From: an uncultured Acidobacteriota bacterium
Lineage (GTDB): Bacteria; Acidobacteriota; Vicinamibacteria; Vicinamibacterales; CAVVIG01
Direction of reading: 5' to 3'
Assembly (NCBI GenBank): GCA_963725105.1
Contig: CAVRXZ010000017.1
Span: 3,975 to 67,974, forward strand
Length of the DNA: 64,000 bases
Part shown: piece after piece, positions 61,539 through 64,000 of the stretch
How positions within the stretch are numbered: position 1 is the first letter of the stretch
Layout of the letters: each line of letters opens with the position of its first letter
The notes under the pieces: model-generated
Seen by the model: only the letters and a program-made list of their open reading frames with translations
Databases searched by the model: none
What the model was told of the DNA's origin: nothing
Program-made: the position numbers and the translations under genes

Positions 61539-61691
61539 ATGTCCGAACGAAACGGCGATCGCGCGAGATTTCAGAAGGATCGCAGGCGCAAGCTGAGTAA
61601 GCGTCAACGGGTTCGCGAACTTGCCAAAACGCTGCGAGGACCAGCCGGGATCTCCGTCGAACCAGCGAAGGCCGCACGACATCACTCATAA
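61539..61691 (+). CDS. Possible 50-aa highly basic small protein (below the track's apparent ~60-aa minimum)
   Basis: ATG 61539 is preceded by gtgagg. The translation is MSERNGDRARFQKDRRRKLSKRQRVRELAKTLRGPAGISVEPAKAARHHS*. There is no homology support. Confidence 0.25.
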   Translation: MSERNGDRARFQKDRRRKLSKRQRVRELAKTLRGPAGISVEPAKAARHHS

Positions 61692-61702
61692 CGGCCGTCG
61701 GC

Positions 61703-62392
61703 TCACGGAATGAAATACACCGGATTCGGCAGCTTGAAGGTACGTTCGGCGTACCCGCCCTTCAGATCGCTCTCCTGATCGCCCATCGTGAACAAAATCG
61801 TGTAGCCCTGTTCCGCGATTCTCCTGCGTTCCGGCGCCTTGAAGTCGACGACGGTTGGAGGTGTCACGTTGCCGGGCAGGAGCACCAGGCCGTCCCATTC
61901 GTAGCCCGTTTCGCGCAAGTTCTTCTCGGTAGCGTCGCGAAGGCGAGCGGGGCGTCCGGTGATGAAGAACACCGCGACTCCCAGCGACTTGGCCTGCCGC
62001 GCCAGGTCCAACGTCGGGCCGAGCACCTTGAGCTGGGCGCGGTCCTGCCACGTCCGCAGTCCGCATGGTCCCGTCTCGAGATCGCAGTCACCGTTCGCGA
62101 TTCGCACCCACCCGTTCGCCTTGAGGGCGGGCCAGTTGGAGAGAGCGGTCTCGTCAATATCGAGGACTATGGCAGGTCGTGTCGCCTTCCTCGCCCGCTC
62201 ATCGAGGTACGCGCGAGCGGCGGCGACCACCTTGGCGAAATCGGTGTCGTACTGCCCGCCTTCGATGTAATGCTCGACTTGCCGCTGCACGTCGAAGACA
62301 TTCGGGACGTGCGTCGTCGACGCGCAGCCCGACAATGCCAGCGCCGTCGTCAACCACAGGGCAGGAACGACTGAATGTCGAAGGTGTCTCAA
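61703..62392 (-). CDS. HAD-superfamily acid phosphatase lipoprotein (class B/C, e(P4)/plant acid phosphatase family)
   Basis: The lipobox is LALSGCAS. The HAD motif I is AIVLDIDETALSN. Further blocks are VFFITGRP and FTMGDQESD. Confidence 0.8.
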   Translation of the reverse strand: MRHLRHSVVPALWLTTALALSGCASTTHVPNVFDVQRQVEHYIEGGQYDTDFAKVVAAARAYLDERARKATRPAIVLDIDETALSNWPALKANGWVRIANGDCDLETGPCGLRTWQDRAQLKVLGPTLDLARQAKSLGVAVFFITGRPARLRDATEKNLRETGYEWDGLVLLPGNVTPPTVVDFKAPERRRIAEQGYTILFTMGDQESDLKGGYAERTFKLPNPVYFIP

Positions 62393-62393
62393 G

Positions 62394-63440
62394 TTAGTTT
62401 CGTGGGCCCGGAAAGCGCGCGATGCGGTCGCCGAGCACCGAGCCCACCCAGATCTCCTTCCCGACTTGAATCGCGCCGGTCGAGAAGTTAAAGGCGTCGT
62501 TGTACGGGTAACGGATGACGTCCTGCACCTGCAGCGTGTTCGGGTTGATTTTGATCACGCGGGATGTCGCCATCTGGAATCCGCCGCCGGCGGGGAGCTC
62601 CTGGCCAGCACCGAGAAGCTGGCCGTCGGGAGTCCAGCGCAAGTTGTCCAGGCGAAAGCCGATCGGGATCTCATCGCGCTTGAACGGCGTCTGCCGGCGT
62701 GAAAACCGTATGAAGGTCTGATTGCCCCAGCCCGCCATGTAGTACCACTTGCCGTCTTTTGAGATCTCGATTCCGTTGGCGCCGGAGGCCTCGCTGCCCG
62801 GCACCATCCTCCAGCCGGTGCCCGTGTGCCATTCCCAGAGCTCGCCGTTTTTTTCGCCCGCCAGCAGGTTCGGTCCGCGGCCAGCGGGCAGCCGCGGCTG
62901 AAAGTTGGTCGATGCGAAACCGCCGTCCGGCAGCGCCACGACCGAATTCAGACCGACCGGGTCTGGCGGTACGGCGCACCCGACCCAGGTGAGAGCGGGC
63001 GGCTTGGCCGAGGCGTCGAACTCGAAGACCTCGACCGATTCTCTGTTGCCGTGGTGAACGACATAGAGCGTGTGTCGCGAGCCCTTGTCTGAGCGCAGCG
63101 CCAGGCCGTGCGCGCGGAATTTGTCTTTCTCCTCCGGATCGAGGGGCCCGGGACACGAATCGTAGGTCCTACGGTCGAACTCCTGTTTGACATTGGGGCT
63201 TGGATAGAGCGGAGTGACTTGTTGGTCCCGCACGTTGACGAGTGTGATGGCTCCCGGCGCAGCATCGCCGGAGGCAATGACCCAGTTGGACTTCGGTACC
63301 GCGACGAGATCTTCAGGGCCGACGAACCCGCAGATGAACTGAACGCTGCCGGCCGGCGCGCAACGGGCGGGTCGTGGTGCCCCGCCGCCCTGAGGAGGGG
63401 TGAACGCAATCAGCAGGCCGAGCAGAGCGAACAATCTCAT
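62394..63440 (-). CDS. Exported six-bladed beta-propeller, paraoxonase/arylesterase-like
   Basis: Signal peptide is MRLFALLGLLIAF. HGLALRSDKGSRHTLYVVHHGNRESVEVFEFDASAKPPALTWVGC...NSVVALPDGGFASTNF...ANGIEISKDGKWYYMAG aligns by eye with the PON pattern (HGi......lyvvNH....vEvFkf....L....nD.v....FYaTNd...aNGI..spDgKyvYia). Confidence 0.6.
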   Translation of the reverse strand: MRLFALLGLLIAFTPPQGGGAPRPARCAPAGSVQFICGFVGPEDLVAVPKSNWVIASGDAAPGAITLVNVRDQQVTPLYPSPNVKQEFDRRTYDSCPGPLDPEEKDKFRAHGLALRSDKGSRHTLYVVHHGNRESVEVFEFDASAKPPALTWVGCAVPPDPVGLNSVVALPDGGFASTNFQPRLPAGRGPNLLAGEKNGELWEWHTGTGWRMVPGSEASGANGIEISKDGKWYYMAGWGNQTFIRFSRRQTPFKRDEIPIGFRLDNLRWTPDGQLLGAGQELPAGGGFQMATSRVIKINPNTLQVQDVIRYPYNDAFNFSTGAIQVGKEIWVGSVLGDRIARFPGPRN

Positions 63441-63568
63441 CGTCGTGTCCTCCCGAAGCAATCATGAGACTCCGTCACGACTTCGTCGCCTGATTCTGGT
63501 CGCCCCCAGAGACGACCTCAGGGTTGCGACGGAATTCTACCGGAGGATGGGTTGTTCTGAGGTGAGCC

Positions 63569-63859
63569 GTGGGTCAAACTGAGACCATGCCGTCTGACAA
63601 TACCTGTGCTCATGTCGAGGCAATCAAGACCATCAAGCGTCCGAAACGTCGCGAATGTGAGGAGTGCGTGAAGATCGGCGCCGAGTGGGTCCATCTGAGA
63701 ACGTGCCAGCAGTGCGGAGCGACCTTGTGCTGCGACAATTCGCCGAACCGGCACGCGTCGAAACACGCACGCGCCAGCGGTCACCCGGTCATTGCCTCGG
63801 CCGAACCGGGTGAGCGCTGGCTGTACTGCTTTCCTGATGATGTGTTTTTGGAGTCCTGA
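63569..63859 (+). CDS. UBP-type zinc-finger domain protein
   Basis: CAHVEAIKTIKRPKRRECEECVKIGAEWVHLRTCQQCGATLCCDNSPNRHASKHARASGHPVIAS shows the zf-UBP Cys/His pattern. Confidence 0.8.
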   Translation: MGQTETMPSDNTCAHVEAIKTIKRPKRRECEECVKIGAEWVHLRTCQQCGATLCCDNSPNRHASKHARASGHPVIASAEPGERWLYCFPDDVFLES

Positions 63860-63861
63860 GA

Positions 63862-64000
63862 CTATTCGGCGCTGAGCTTCGCGATGTTGTTCTTGGCGGC
63901 GCCTGTGACCTTGTCAATTGCCGCGTAAAGGTCCCTGGCCTGGGCGTTCAGCTTGTCGGCGTCTGGTTTCAGAGTGGCCACCGCCCCGGGGTTCAGGTCG
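63862..64000 (-). CDS. Partial CDS (C-terminal 45 codons; continues past window end), hypothetical
   Basis: The minus-strand frame reads ...DLNPGAVATLKPDADKLNAQARDLYAAIDKVTGAAKNNIAKLSAE* with stop at 63864-62. It has coding-like codon bias. No family recognised. Confidence 0.35.
   Translation of the reverse strand, partial: DLNPGAVATLKPDADKLNAQARDLYAAIDKVTGAAKNNIAKLSAE

Noticed and set aside
1-64000. Search for prophage, integrative element, defence island, toxin-antitoxin or CRISPR-Cas content
   Set aside because: I recognised no integrase, transposase, recombinase, capsid/terminase, restriction-modification, Cas or classical toxin-antitoxin sequences on either strand. The only mobile-looking DNA is the small non-autonomous repeat family reported above.

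Overview
GC-rich chromosomal segment. G/C-dominated third codon positions produce long spurious antisense ORFs throughout the six-frame track. I support about 60 protein-coding genes and find no rRNA, tRNA, CRISPR array, transposase, integrase or phage genes. Gene content suggests a soil Acidobacteriota-like bacterium, which is an inference only: a CarboxypepD_reg-type TonB-dependent receptor, a DUF1592/DUF1552 pair, a Ser/Thr kinase with TPR repeats, and many exported proteins of unknown function. Ordinary content includes a LysR/acyl-CoA dehydrogenase/MFS/CoA-transferase cluster, MFS and RND efflux systems, PQQ dehydrogenases, flavin monooxygenases, an ECF sigma/anti-sigma pair, a Crp regulator and a B12-radical SAM enzyme.

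Main points of interest:
1. Six paralogs of an uncharacterised secreted protein family lie at three loci. Two of them sit in a tightly overlapped five-gene operon with two MetE-like zinc enzymes and an exported MBL hydrolase. Three more sit next to a DUF6152 / thioredoxin-like / glutaredoxin-like / TonB-receptor block.
2. A di-iron (ODP/flavodiiron-type) MBL-fold protein is translationally coupled to an ECF sigma factor and a soluble ZAS anti-sigma factor.
3. Two redox fusions are present: a PQQ dehydrogenase with a C-terminal cupredoxin that lacks the axial Met, and a heme-c protein fused to a PHM/DBH-like copper monooxygenase domain.
4. There are three intergenic repeat families: a MITE/REP-like nested hairpin in two copies, GGTTCC/GGAACC heptad inverted arrays in two copies, and GGGCNNN heptamer arrays.
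5. Reading-frame breaks are frequent. About 14 genes carry 1-2 indels. A ~1.9 kb hot zone (37.4-39.3 kb) carries at least 15 frame changes across an ankyrin gene and a DUF1552 gene. There is also an internally deleted tannase-like relic and an orphan MBL fragment.

Whether the frame breaks reflect assembly error or real gene decay cannot be decided from the sequence alone. All functional calls come from motif recognition by eye; no database search was run.
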